NCBI GenBank assembly: GCA_023515725.1
Contig: JALDTO010000266.1
Location: 831,070-895,069, forward strand
Direction of reading: 5' to 3'
Length of the DNA stretch: 64,000 nucleotides
From: Amoeboaphelidium protococcarum X5
Taxonomy: Eukaryota > Fungi > Aphelidiomycota
The notes under the pieces were generated by a model. The model did no database searches. It was not told the origin of the DNA and saw nothing but the letters and a program-made list of their open reading frames with translations. The position numbers were made by a program, and so were the translations under genes. Positions 22,256 to 36,120 of this stretch are shown in pieces. Position 1 is the first letter of the stretch, and every line of letters begins with the position of its first letter.

Positions 22256-24859
22256 TCATCTTGACTGATTTATCTATATCAACTTGTCCATCGCCGTTTA
22301 GAGCAGCTCCTTCTTGCGTTAAAGCATCAGGTGCTTCCTGACTTGAGGATTCTCATTTGCGAATTTTTGAATTTCATCGCGACTCTTGGAATAGTATAAC
22401 TTGGAGTCAATCTCACGAGGCACTTGATAGAGAAGCTCATTCAACAACTCCACCCAGATGAACATTGTAGCAGTCTGAGCCATCTTGTCAGCGATCATGA
22501 ACAGATACGGCTCGGGACATTCTATCTTTAAACGCGAATCTTTAACTGCACTGAATCCAGCACACTGAGATGGAACAAACCACCCAGAGCGGAGTTGATA
22601 CAATCTACCTTCAACTTGATTAATCTACTTTTACAATGAGAGAGCTTCCACAGCTATTTGTCTCAATTTTGGGGATATTGATGATGATTTGCCAGTTGAC
22701 GGAGACTCTTTTCCATTATCGGTGACATCAGATGTCACCTGCTACATGGCCGATTTCAAAACTCTACCACCAACGGCATTCTTGATTTTTATCAAATCAG
22801 CTCTAGCAGACTACAATTTCAGTTCCAGAGCTGCTATTGATCGCCTCAATCCTTCATCCCACTCAGATTCTGTGTAGTCTGTCTCATACTTGTACGGCTT
22901 TATAGTGTTCTCTACTTGCTCCACAGAGGTATGGAATTTGAACTTAATCACAGTCTAGATCGTATCTTTTATAACATTAACAGCATCCTAATGATAGATA
23001 AATGGCTCAGTGGCAACGACAGCGTCCAATTAAGTCAAAATCTTATCCACGACACACTGAGTAGAATCTTTGCCAATCTTGCTCTTACTCAGATTACTGT
23101 GCGCTCTATCCAAACTATGCTTATTGTATGAACTACGAACATCATCATCATCTTTCCCACCAGATAATCCTGAAGTGTCTTGATAATATTACTACTGCAA
23201 TATATCAACCAGTTTCTAATCCAATACTTGCATAATCTCTAGCCGTATTTGAGATCGACCATAATCATTCATAATCTTTCGAAATGAAGATTTAAATTTA
23301 TCAATCACCTCAGTGGTATACGCCTCAGGGGATAACTATCTATCATCATACTACACCTTGAAATTATAGGAAGCCTCCTCCAATTCATGACCAACATTAT
23401 TCATCACACTGCCGAGTGACTTGGCCATACTCTGCTCCAGCGTGCCAATTAACTTTCTTCTCAGTAATTCAATTCCCACCTGAGTGTTTACCTTATTCAA
23501 CAAAGAGCGATTGGATTTCAACCATTATGATTCCACCGAAGAATGAATCTTCTTGCACATTACGCCATAATATCCTAAATTCAACGGATAATCTTGATTC
23601 TGGATGAGATTCACTAACTTTTACGGTTCAATAAGATCTATTTTGGTCAGGACACCAATAGTCCTTTCACCATCTGGATCCACTTTACGACTCTCATTCA
23701 GTGCTTCACTGTTGGCCAAGTCCACATCGCTGGCTGACACGGCGAGGATGATATTCGGCTCCTTCAAATACTTTCTACACAACTCTACAATTTTCTACTT
23801 TAACTCATCAGGCTGATTTCTGTTATTCACAGCAATATACCCAGGCAAATCTATCAGTGTAAGATCAGGTACATTAGGGGAGTATATGCGAAGATCAATC
23901 GGATCATCAGATACACAATCCTACTCTGGTACCGACATGTTAAGATCAGCGATTATACTCTGCACTCTCTTAAAGTCAGTAATACGCTTCAGGCCTTATC
24001 GTGGAAACTCGGCATATTCTTCACCTCCACCATTAGAATTCGATTTAAGATTAGTCGAATTATCACTACCATTAGAGATAGAAGCAGACGGTGAAGTATT
24101 GATTAGAGTGATCTCAATAGGACGGCGAGTCACCATATTGACACCTTTAGGAAGGAACTCATTACCAACAATCGCTTCAAGCAGCGAGCTTTTACCAGAA
24201 CTCTATGAGCCAATAACTACAATAGACGGCAATTGGAATCTATCAACATGGTCCACAGAGACCAATATATTCTTCACCTCTAGCAATCGCCTGGTCAGCA
24301 TTAGAAATCCCCCTTGTTATGCTATTCCAATCCTCTAATCATTATCATCATCATCTCTATTGCCGCGATTTCCCTCACTAGACGACTCATCTGGAGAAAA
24401 TTATACATTATTATTAATATCGTTATTATGATCATCTAAGTACGAATGAGAAAGTGCATACAAAATATGATTACCAGTCTTTAGGGAGGCTTACTGCGCC
24501 TATCTACCACCACCACCACCACTACTACTCCTGTCTGAGCGTGATTATGGAAATAAAACGCTCAAATCCAAATCTTTAAACATTCCATTCTGAGGTAATT
24601 GAATACCTTTGATATAATCACCCAGAGACTGAAGTCTATCATTACCCCAAGTGGACAGCTTATCACTGTAATAGGACACAGTGGCAACAGTTGCACCTGC
24701 AGCACCCAGTATAGAGCGAGAGGCAAACTTGGACAGGGCCAGAAAGTTCCGCGGAGTAATAAAAGTCCTCCTCTACTACCATCTTGATGATAATGACTTA
24801 CTTTATAATGACGTTCTGTATCCATACAGCAAAATGGTGGAAACTGGACGCACAATCAT
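22256..24859 (-). CDS. MGM1: Mitochondrial dynamin-like GTPase Mgm1/OPA1 (867 aa)
   Basis: Basic presequence and hydrophobic segment, [40 protein letters not shown] (Q encoded by TAG), [23 protein letters not shown], and C-terminal [20 protein letters not shown]...ENPQVRKHL. Confidence 0.92.
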
Positions 24860-25259
24860 TATAATTAGGAGGTATGCGTGTTGATGATTGAGAGCGAGTA
24901 AGTGAGTGTGATATATAAAAACTGGAACTGAAGAAAGAACGTGGCCCCTGTCAGTCGCTCTTTTGTTCGCTCTCGCCGTTCTGAAATGAATGAATCAATC
25001 AGTGCAGGCTCGATGTCAATCCAGTCTGGCGCAATTCTTTTTAAACGCGCTCGCGTGTAAAGTCTCTTCTTTCTCATTCGATTCGAGCAGAAATTATATT
25101 CGGTGGAAGTCTGATTAAGGCGATGCTGCTCGTTAACGTTTGCAGTATGGCTATGCAAGTACATTTTGATGAGCTCTGGAGGTTAATTTGTTGAATGGTG
25201 TATTTGTATGATATGCTAAGTCATCCTTGTTGGGCCTTGTCTTAATCGGAGACTGAGAG

Positions 25260-26600
25260 AGCGTGTCGTGAATGAAGGTCCCTTTGAAGCCTGGTAACTA
25301 CTGGGTGTCTCTTGTTGAACAAGGTTCTTTTTAAAACAAAGTCCGTAAGTTTTTCATTTCAAGAGCTGGAATAATGGACAGCATCCAATTAGTAATTGTA
25401 TAGCTCGCAGCGTGACCATGAAATTGCGCTGTTTATGTACCCAAGCTGTGGCTGAAAGTTCATGCTGTTCTACTACTATAAAAAGATCTTCTGGACAATC
25501 TAATTGCAGGCACGGATGAAGAGCTCAATTTGCTGAAGCAGTCAATCTTTAACAATCATTACTTGAGATTCCTTGGAAGCACGGTGGACTTTTTGCACGG
25601 CTAAACGGAATGGGCCGTTGAGAAGTAGTATCCTTAGCTGGATATCCATTTGATAAGCTGTTTTTCAAGGAGTTTGCACAAGGTTTTCGACGCCGTAATA
25701 GATCTCCAATCTCGTCCAGATTTATGGATATTCATGAAGAAATTGTTGGGGTCGCTGAGAAGATATAGTCCAGAAGTAGATAAGATTTTTAAAATCTTTA
25801 TAAGGAAGTCTGGCAAGATTATGAAATTGCCGCCAATAATCATTTGTCCTCTAATTTGATGGTCGTATTGAAACGCGTCGTGGTGCACTTCCTCCACTCT
25901 CATGCTTCTGTCTTATGGTCTCACTGTTCTATCTGGGTAATTTACTGTTGCAAAAGGTTTTTCAAACTAAAGTGTACCTAAAGCAGCACCCTGCTGATGC
26001 TAATATTTGCACAGATGAGTGTTGAAGGTAACGTTGCAGTCACTTTAGTTTGACTAGCTTTTGAGACGGATGTCAGCATATACTGCGAATGTTACTGGAA
26101 GTCCATCATATTGGTTCGCAGTGTTTACCAGAAGATGATAGTGCGAATTTCCGTCGCCGTTTAGCTACCGGGAATTTCTCTAATGAGCTTAAATATAAGC
26201 TTCAGAGGTCCATATCAAAGACAGTGAAAGATCTGGTAAGTTGCGTATGTTTGTTCAGGTGGTACACGTAGGTTGCAGGTGACTATGAACACGCTTGGGG
26301 TAGACAGGTGCGTGGGAGAGTTAGGATACTTGAGTATGTCAATGAGTTCCTGAAGCAGTATCCTGGTCACGTTCCATTTGACCCTGCACCACGCAATGCG
26401 GATTAAGTGTGGACGTAGGATGAGCAAGTATCACTGCTGGGTAGACTGTATAACGGTCAAGATCCTAGACAGATTGCTCTGGATATTGGTCGTAGTCCTC
26501 AATTCTTATGCTAATATAATTCCGTAATTGTAGTTGATATATGGACAGGTGGTTGGTTTGAAGTCCCCATCTGATGATGGACAAATCAAAGGATGATGGG
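25260..26600 (+). pseudogene. Degenerate coding-like region containing a Myb/HTH-like motif
   Basis: Protein-like stretches switch frames and are cut by several TGAs. The segment RNADQVWTQDEQVSLLGRLYNGQDPRQIALDIGRSP (about 26392-26500) resembles an HTH/Myb repeat. Boundaries are approximate. Confidence 0.3.
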
Positions 26601-27084
26601 AACCGAATCGTCGATCTCGAGATGGACAGAAGCATTCTCCTGATCACTGCAGTCAATCAGTATTAAGAGTACGGTAGAAGTGCTAGGATAATGATCTCTC
26701 TCTCTCTCAAGTAGACGATTGCTATGCTTCTAAATGCATACAATTAGAACTAGGCTAATGGCCCTGATATCATCTGTTTGACTTTAAAAGCCCACTTCCT
26801 AAACGTCACTGCTAGGCTGAATTTTGATGGAGAAGAGGATATAGTACACTATGAACTAACTGCCTGTATAAATCGCTGAATTATCACCTTGATTCCAAAG
26901 TAATAAATGAACCTAATCCTGATGAATAAAAATATTGTAAAAGAGAAAGCTTTATAGGGACACGACACATCTATTCTCTGGCAAACACTGGCTCAATCTC
27001 ACTTTAACAATCACCACTTTACGGCGAAAGTAGTAACAACAATAACAACTATAAATAATAATAAGAGACTTCACCCAACTAATC

Positions 27085-28656
27085 TCAAAGACCAAGCCCA
27101 AGCATAATGCCATAGCCAACAGTGACAGTTATTAGGAGGACAACCACACTTATAGGGATACCAACCTTGAGAAAGTCTTTAGTCTTTACAAACGGCCGAC
27201 CATCGACACTCTCAATTGAAATGGCGGTGATGTTGGGGAAACCAGAGATGGGCAATCCCATGGCACCGCTACACATTATAGCACAGCCAAAGACTAGTAG
27301 ATTAGCGTGATCTCCAGGTAGAGTCTTACCAACTGCTTACACAAGAGGCAGAAGAATCAGAGCACTCACTGTATGCGAGATAAATGTGGCCACCACAAGC
27401 ACGAACGCTGAAAAGGCAATCAACACCACAAGCAAGTCGTGATCAACCATAGTCTCCGAGATGGACGTGCCAATAACCTTTAGTAGGCTGGTGTTCTCCA
27501 CCACACTTCCCAGAGACATGCCCCCCATGGCCAGCATAATGACAGACCACAGAAATGTATTGAAATCGTGTTAATTCAAGATTCCTGAACCGAAAAAGAG
27601 CACCATAGGAATGATGGCAATCACACCACTGTTTCCAATATACGAATTCAAAGTACTTTCCAGACACCATAGAGCAATAGTACTCAGCGATACGCCAAGA
27701 ATAAAGTAATGCTTCTTCGTGAGTGGCTCCATCGCAGAATTGATCGGCTCAACCAGTGGTGTAGACTTATGAGGCTGATATGTCAATAACAACATGGACC
27801 AGCACGTGAACAGAGACAATAACGATATTGGAATGGACACACAGAGCCATTTGAACCAAGACACGGGAGGATCCATGTAGTAGAGAGCGATTGCATTCTA
27901 CGGACTACTGATAGGCGTTGTCAATCCTCCGATATTGGCACTGAGCGCTATACCCATCACCAGGCTGACGGCAAAGGTATTACCAGAATCCAGAGACTTC
28001 AGCACAGGCTCCATGATAGAGAAACACAAAACTGGAGCAGCCACGTTGGAAATCCACATGCTCATGAACCAGGAGACGAACATAATGGCCAGCAGTACGG
28101 CCCAGCTCTTTGTACCAGCTCTACTCAAGATAAATACAGCCAAGCGCTTAGCCAAGCCATACTTGGACATGGCAGAGGCAATAGTAAAACCTCCGAGCAA
28201 GAGCATAATCACCGGGGCCCACATCTTGCTAAACACGAATTTCGCAGCTTCATTGGCAGTCATGGCCACAGTTATCCATCCTTACTAATCCTACTCCAAC
28301 ACTTATTTAACAGGCACTCTGAGCACAACAAGGAGAAACGGCACACACATTGACGTGACATACAATGGCAAAGCTTCACTGGCCCACATCAAGGACGCAA
28401 AAATCAGCACAGCAAAGCACCTATTCTTTGACCCCTCCCCGAATATGTCAACTGATAAAAGCACAGCCAACACTATAGTATTTATAAGGAGAAATACAAC
28501 TTTTCTAGATACGTTAAACTTTGTATTAGTGTTTAGTTTAGCATCAGCATTATTGAGCACCTCTGTGGACTCTTGCTGATCAAGAGGCACATATCCAAAG
28601 AAATTGGGACGCTTACCACCCACAATATTATTCTACTAAGAGTCTTCGATATCCAT
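27085..28656 (-). CDS. SLC13/DASS-family low-affinity phosphate transporter (Pho87/90/91-like) without SPX domain (about 523 aa)
   Basis: FASLMWASEALPLYVTSM, IMLLLGGFTIASAMSKY, SMWISNVAAPVLCFS, ALSANIGG..TPISSPQN, TFISHTVSALILLP and CSGAMGLPISGFPN. Confidence 0.9.
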
Positions 28657-29413
28657 CTAAAGCATGCACTAACACAATACAAACAGCAGATACCTAAATA
28701 GGGAATTACTATTAATCAGTGAGGCACTATCCAAATAAATAAAAAACAATGCCAGTCAGTCAGTCGGGTGTGCTCAGAAACAGAAACAAAATCCACAAGC
28801 GAATGAAGTGAGCAAAGTATAAATTGAAGCAAAATTTTTTCACTTTTGAGCGATGGTGGTGAGAAAATGAAAATATGACCAACGTGTGTGATGGAATAGG
28901 GGCGAGTCATCAATCATCAGAATCGGAGGTCAATTCGCGTCTGCTCCAATCACACTGGTTCCTTCGCTTCTGAAGACTATTGTGAATCTTGCCTTGTTGT
29001 TTGTACAGTCTGCCTTCACGTCAGCTGGTTTCATACTGATACTCAGACGCGACAATTACAAGTTGCCATTATTGATTTACTGAATTGTAGGCCGGATGCG
29101 TTAATTCTTATAATGCACTGTGAGATTTACATCAGTCATATCAACGTTTCACATGATGTCCAGTTTCGGTAAGTCTGCTGATTTTTCGATATTTTAGATG
29201 TTAAAACTCGTTTCACATCAATTTACAGAGCTGATAAGCTTTTACAGAGTGAATTGATTTAGAAGAGAAAGTGATTTAATAGGATTTGTGCCATGTATAG
29301 TACCTGACTACAGTAAAAGAATTAAATTGAAACTTTAAAAAATATTAACCAAGTTGCATCTTATATTTCAATTCAAAAGTTCACACATCAGTTACAGTAA
29401 GAGCCACTATCAA

Positions 29414-29653
29414 TCACTGCCCAACCTTCTTCAACTTGACATCATACTGCTTAGCGTCATTACCAGAAGCAGAGTTCTTTGGCTAGATGTTAGGTGCAGA
29501 TCCGTCGTAGTCAACTGGTCTGCTACCAGAGCGCAACTTGACTTGAGCAAAAGCAGGAGTCTCAGTGCTTTCCTGAGCCTTGGTAGGCACATTAGGTGCT
29601 GATCCGTCATAATCAACAGGTCTGTTTCCGCTACTCTTTAATTGCTTAGACAT
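29414..29653 (-). CDS. 79-aa repeat microprotein with WH2/actobindin-like KL[KR] motifs
   Basis: MSKQLKSSGNRPVDYDGSAPNVPTKAQESTETPAFAQVKLRSGSRPVDYDGSAPNIQPKNSASGNDAKQYDVKLKKVGQ*. The internal duplication differs at synonymous positions. Confidence 0.65.
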
Positions 29654-29962
29654 TTTAGTTTTGTTGATAGAAACAGTGAAAAGTTATTCTTTAACAAAGT
29701 AAATTAACTAATGATGTATCTAAACTCTGTGAATAAAGAAGTGAAAGAGATGAGGATGATGTGATATGGGCAAGTTCAAATTTAGACATGTTTGATCTTC
29801 CATGATATATGAGGTGGCGTTATAAGTATTTGTTGCCAGGCAGGCAGGCTAGCGCGCGATCAATCAAAAGCTTAACAAAATCATCAAGTTTTCTATGCAA
29901 ATACAACTACTATATCGCGAAACTTTGTATACATATTTATTATCACGGTGACTAATAATTAA

Positions 29963-30418
29963 TCATTCCTCCATGTCACCAGAGAGATCTGCTTCCTCAG
30001 ATTCCAAGAATGGATTCTCAATCTGCTGGTAATTGGCAAGAGGCAGAACGAGTAGAACATTTCTACATACCACACTTTCCAGTGCGCGAGTAGAATCATC
30101 CGATTACCGCCACTATGCCTCGCTCAGTGCAATATTAACCAGAGAGTCAAAGCCCACGAGCACGCCTTCAATATCGATATCGCCCTGACACTTGACCAAT
30201 ACTCGTCTCCCCAAATACCTTTTAAAGTCCAGTGCATTCTTCTTCTCGTTGGGAGCAGAGATTTTGGCCGAGCTGGCATCAATTTTGTGTCCAGGAGCCT
30301 ACGGTTTACCGCCACCACTATTACTCCCTCCTCTACCGCCTCTGTTGTACGGCCTCCCTCTATATCCACCTCTTCCGCGACCACCTCTTGTATTCTACGC
30401 AGTTTATTATTAATCCAT
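29963..30418 (-). CDS. LSM7: Sm-like protein (LSm7-like) with RGG-rich N-terminus (151 aa)
   Basis: KKNALDFKRYLGRRVLVKCQGDIDIEGVLVGFDSLVNIAL...RALESVVCR...IENPF matches the LSm7 pattern. Confidence 0.7.
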
Positions 30419-30558
30419 CACTGCTTTACTCTTTCGATTATTGCTACAGTACGTTCTCCGTTTAAAGACTGAGAGCGTCGCGTGTAAAATCTTCTCTTCT
30501 TCTTGATCGGATCGAGTGGCGATAGAGAGCGAGAAAGAGAGTGAAAAATTTAAAGAAA

Positions 30559-33500
30559 ATGGCTCTTAATAATCTGAATATCTAGGAGTTGTAGCATTTG
30601 AATACAGACAATAAATAGGTGATATGTGCAGTTTATGCTGAGTAGTCGTATTATATTGCCGTGGCTTGTGATGGATCCATTGATATCATGCAATTGGGTG
30701 TTAGTGGATCGGGTGGACGTGTAATCGCCAGTGTCTAGTTGGCAGATGATAACGCGTCTCTAATCTGTATGGAGTATCTCATGGATTCTGATGCGATTTT
30801 CTTGGCTTTTAATACCGGTGAACTAATCCACATCCTGCTGCTGTAAGATGAGAATGGTGATTGTGGTCTTGAGCAGGTTGGCGTAGTCGATGATGGCATA
30901 ACTTGTGCCAAGTGGAGTCCTACACAGGACAATCTGGTCATCACCACGTTATCTGAATCGATGATGCTATTTAATTCTAATTATGAGCTTCTATCTGATG
31001 CATTATTATGTGATTTAAATGATCAAGATGCTAGTGGCTAATTCGTCAATGTCGGATGGGGTAGTGCGTAAACTCAGTTTAAAAACAAGTAAGCTGCGCT
31101 GTAGTAAAAGTAACAAAATTTTGATGGTCTGGCTGCAAATGATAGTAAACAGACTGTAATCAGCTGGAGACAAGATGGCGAGTTTTTCCTCATTTCTTCT
31201 ATTATCTAAATTGCTGGCAGTAGTAATGTCAATGATAGTAATAATGATGATCGTGGACTTGGGCAGTAGAAGAAGCGCATTTTCCGCGTTTTCAATCGCA
31301 ATGGAGATCTGTAAGCGTCGAGTGAGCGTAATGCTGGTAGATTGACGCACGCAATTGATTGGAAGCCTAGTGGATCGCAGATTGCCGCGGCTAGTGATGA
31401 TGAGCGCATTCTTCTGTTTGAACGTAACGGTCTGCTGCACAGAGAATTCAGTTTGGTTGCGCCTGGTAGACTATGTGGTATTACACTGCTAGACGGAATG
31501 GAGTTTCACGTTGATGAACTATGTTGGAGTCCGGATTCATCTATTCTTGCTATACGTCAAGTATCTAAATGTAGATAGTATGGGTACGTTGAGTTGTGGA
31601 CGTGTGCGAATTATCAGTGGTAGCGAAAGTTGATTCTCTCCGATGAACATGTTGATATTACATCATTCTCGTGGTTGAGTGAGCTGAATGGCACAGCATT
31701 GTACACTTCTGCTAGTGGTGGTCTTTCAATGATCAAGATTTAGAGCTAGATTTGCACCAACGCGTAGATATCAGTTAAGAATCCAATGCCAATCCTGGTT
31801 GTTGATGGAACTACTTTGCACTACACGCCGTTGAAATTCGCAAACGTTCCACCACCAATGTCGCTGCACTAGATCGCTTTAAAATCTTAGATATAGTCGG
31901 TTAGATTGAGCAATTCTGAAGTGGAGAATTAATTTACAGTTTTGACAGTGGATAAATATCTGCGTGTTTTCAATGCTTACGATCGCTCTATGCCAGTAAT
32001 GTAGAATGTGTACTCGTTATCTCAGATAGATGGTGTAGTGTATGATGCTATTTAGTTGAGTGAAAGTCATGTTTGTGTCTTGGTTCAGCAAGCACAAGGT
32101 ATCAAGGTGATTCTATTGCGCTTAATTAGTGACGATTTAAGTGTTCAGACTATCAAGGAATGGTCATTTTAAAGTGTGAGAATGATAAACTTTTAAAGAG
32201 CTGGTTAAGTTTTATTGGGAATCTAGAATACTTCATCTTAGCCGGATTAGTATCTGCTTGTAATTTCTGATGGTTCTTCTGCGTCAATTGATCTTCCGTC
32301 TGATCAAATTGTATTTGCATACACTGTGAACAATAATCATAATGATTAATTGTGGGTCTGGTTGTCTGCAAAGAACTAGCTTTATATTGGTGAATAGACA
32401 CTAAAAGGCGTCACTTCTATGGCAATGCATAAAGATTATCTTCTGTATACAACAAGTAGCCATGACTTGAAATTTGTAAGTCTGCATTAAGATTTGCGCG
32501 CATGGACTGCCGAAAGTCAACATGACAAGTAGACGTTTGATGAGAATGTTAGACGTTTGGAGCGTGGTGCATTAATAGCCTCTATTAATCCTGTTGGAAT
32601 AGAAGTTGTATTACAATTACCGAGAGGTAACTTGGAAACTGTTTATCCGCGTGCTCTTGTATTGTCTCAGATTAGAGAAGATCTTTTGCATGGTAGGTAT
32701 TAACAAGCTGTTGTTTAGTGTCGCAAGCACAGGATTGACATGAACATAATCTGTGATTACAACTTTGATTAGTTTGTTGAGAATGTCGATTAATTTGTCA
32801 GTCAGGTGAACAATGTGGAGCATCTGAATCTATTTTTGAGTAATCTCAGGAATGAAGATGTGACTCAGACGCTGTATCGCGGTGCCTTATCTGATAAGGA
32901 CTCAAGTATCGCTGTGAAGAGTCAATCCACTTAGGACAAAGTTAATGCAGTATCTGCTCTTATCAGAACAGCGGTTGAGTAGTTGGACGCAGAGAAGTTC
33001 TTCCAAGTTATTCTCACATCGTTCGTGGTCCAGAATCCTCCTGATATCGACAGTGCTCTCATTGAAATCTAAAAGATGGTCCACAATGATCAATTGTAAC
33101 TCGCTGAAGACTCTATCAAGTACGTGGCGTTATTTGTGAACATTAACGAGCTATATGATTGCGCACTGGGTCTCTATGATTTTGATCTGACGGTGCTTGT
33201 GGCTGAATAGTCCAACAAGGATCCGAAAGAGTATTTGTAGTTTTTAAAGGAATTGTAATCTCTTGACACGCCATATAGATGGTATAAAGTCGATTTGTAT
33301 TTGAAGCGTTATCTGAAAGCTTTGGGACATTTGGTTGCAGCAGGAGAAGAACACCATCCAGAGTTGCTTGAATACATTCAGAAAAAGAGTTTATATGTTG
33401 AGGCTTTGTAGTTGATATCACAGGATAATACTCGATAGCTTTTGTAATAAGTGTACGGATTGCAAGGAGATTATCTGCGATCTAAGCGTTAATATCAGGA

Positions 33501-34524
33501 TGCGGCAGATGCTTATAAAAATGCAGGCGACCTTGATGGGTTTGTCGATTGCTGCAAGGATGGCTTGCTCTGGTAAGAGTTGTTGGTTCATTTGCTGCAG
33601 GCTGAAGTTGACGCGTTAATGTTATAAGAAATTGGGCATGATTTAGCTGAGGAACTGAAAGATAGGAGCAGACACGAGGAAGCTGCAAAGGTTTATTTAG
33701 ATTTCTGCTCTGACACCAATAGTGCAGTCTTATAGTATTTAGCGGCGCATAAATGGTTCGATGCCATGGTTTTGTGCGGATAAAATAAACTGGACGATAT
33801 GATGGATACTCAGGTGGTGAACAGTGTAAAATCTGCCTTCCGTATAAAGTAGGAAGAGTTTGGTGAGATCAGATTAAACTTTGATCGCCATTTGACCAGA
33901 TTATCAGTGGTTCGTTAGTAGAAATTGGACACTCTGAGACTGATGGACGAGCAGATGATGGACGAACTAGCTGATGACGTGGGAGACATTGATCTATTCT
34001 CTGATATTGCCACCACAATGACCGGCACATGGAACACTGCAAGTAGACGCAGCACCAAGTCGTCTGTGCACTCCAACATCACCAGGATGACCAAGTGCAC
34101 CAGTCGCAAGAAGGAAGAGAGAAAGAAGGTGAGCGGCAAAGAAGGTGGCGCTTATGAAGAAGAGTATCTGGTGATGCAGATCCGACAGCTGATGGAGAAA
34201 GTTGACAATGATCGGTTAAATGTAGGATCCCTCAGGCGCGCTCTGTGTACATTGAATATGCCCGATAAGGCTGAAATTCTGAATAATCGTTATGAAGAAC
34301 TGGCGCGTCATCTTGGTGAAAATTACAGAAGAGTCTTTGATTATAAAGGAGTCGCCCTTAACGTGTTGCCAAAGTTGTACAAGGCCAAGATTGTGAAAAG
34401 TATTGAAGATTAGGAGGAAAGTGCAGATGTGCAGCAGTTACTCTAGACGCTATACACTGCTCCTGCAAAGCCTTAGCTAAGCGCAGGATTTCCTCTCAGT
34501 CGCGCTAATCCAAAGACTATATGA
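30559..34524 (+). CDS. ELP1: Elongator complex subunit 1 (IKI3 family, about 1321 aa)
   Basis: VNVGWGSAQTQFK, ISWRQDGEFF, WKPSGSQIA, FERNGLLHREF, LQLPRGNLETVYPRALVL, SNKDPKEYL and RKKEERKKVSGKEGGAYEEEYL. Confidence 0.92.
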
Positions 34525-34715
34525 TTGACCGATGCCGTGATTGATCAGTAAAGTACTCCACATTCAAAGGGTAGACAATCATTATATTAATGTTATGAGT
34601 AATCCAAGGTGGTGATAATATTAAATTGAATAAGAACTTATTTTATTTTTTACGTATCTTGAGTTTTCAATCACTCATACAGGCAGGCAGAGGGAGCAGT
34701 GAACAGGCAGCACAC

Positions 34716-34962
34716 TCAACGCTACTTCACAAATCCAATATCATTTGAGCGCTCGCGGAAGCACTGACGGCACAGCATAAGTCCGTATTTACGAATGAGA
34801 CCAGCACGGTGAGTGCAGATGCGGCTACACGAATAATAATGATAAATCATTAAATCAAGAGATCATCATGTTCTAAATTAGTCAAAATGTATGTGCTTAC
34901 CATTCGCGAGATCCTTTTCCATATTTACGTGGGCGGCTAAACCAAACTGTTTCGTGTGACAT
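34716..34962 (-). CDS. RPS29: 40S ribosomal protein uS14/S29 (intron 34825-34900)
   Basis: [21 protein letters not shown]|[35 protein letters not shown]. Confidence 0.95.
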
Positions 34963-35646
34963 TTTGCTTCTATAACAATTATATATACTCTCTTCAAGTA
35001 ACAGCAGATTGAGTACTACTGAATTCGACCTGTAAGAAAGATTTCAACTGTGGATTAATCCGCGCTAAGGTTCGCTAAGGTTGTGATTGATCAAGTTCTG
35101 TTGCAGTACGCGCTCAGTGAAAAATGATAAAAACGCGCATTGAAAGAAATTGGGCATATCACGAATTTAGTGAACATTTTTAAACTGTCAAAACATATCA
35201 TTGAAATAAGTCAAAAAATTGATTGCTATGTATTCTTTGAATTGAAATTAAGCAAGCTCGCTATGATTAGTATGATACGATGACAGAACGTAGCATTGAT
35301 AAGGTTTATCAAAAAGCCACCAAGCGGTGGTTACCACTGGAACTCTTAAAATACTTTTTTACCTATGAGCAAGTGAGCGATTAAGAATCAGATTTTTAAA
35401 TTAAACCAAAGTTATTTAAATCAGAAAAACCATTTGAATTATCACTGAAATTAAATGAATCTCAATAGGAAATCCTTCGTTTCAATTCTGATACAAATCG
35501 TCATTTTGTTCCTTTCTTTCTCTCCCCTTTAAAAAAGTAAAGAGTTACAAACGCTTACCGACCGACTCCTTAATTGCTTGCTACTTTAATTGGCGTAATA
35601 ATCCACTTTGATCTTCTCCATAACATTCGTTGCTTAGATAGACAAC

Positions 35647-36085
35647 ATGATAAATTAATAGTAATAGAATCAGTCTCGGCAAAATTAAGAGTAGTAACAT
35701 TAATAATAAGAGTCTGCCATGAATACTAGGAATAGATAGTTTTAGAGTAAGAATTTTAATGACGTTTGCATATTATAAACAATGACCAAGTGATGTGATT
35801 CTGATCATATGTGTAGGCCAAGTGAATATGAATCCATCTGTAGATTCAATACCGACCCCCAGTAGATTTATGATGGAGAATGGACTGTACAATTTCACAC
35901 CGGGGTTGCTCACTCGATATGCTGCTGCCGAGGTGAATCCTTTTGAGTAGAGTTTCAATTACACTTAGTCGTCTGGCGGACCTGTGGCTCACCCACAACA
36001 TTAGTAGAATTAATAGTTACTGTCTCCTAATTAGTCTTAGTCTGCGGCTATTAATTATTAATCATCCCAACAGTAATATCCGCTA

Positions 36086-36120
<35 letters not shown>

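Noticed and set aside
25640-25920. Fanzor/TnpB-like wording (YEIAANNHLSSNL) in the degenerate region
   Set aside because: No RuvC motifs or Zn ribbon were found and the frames are broken, so the evidence is insufficient.
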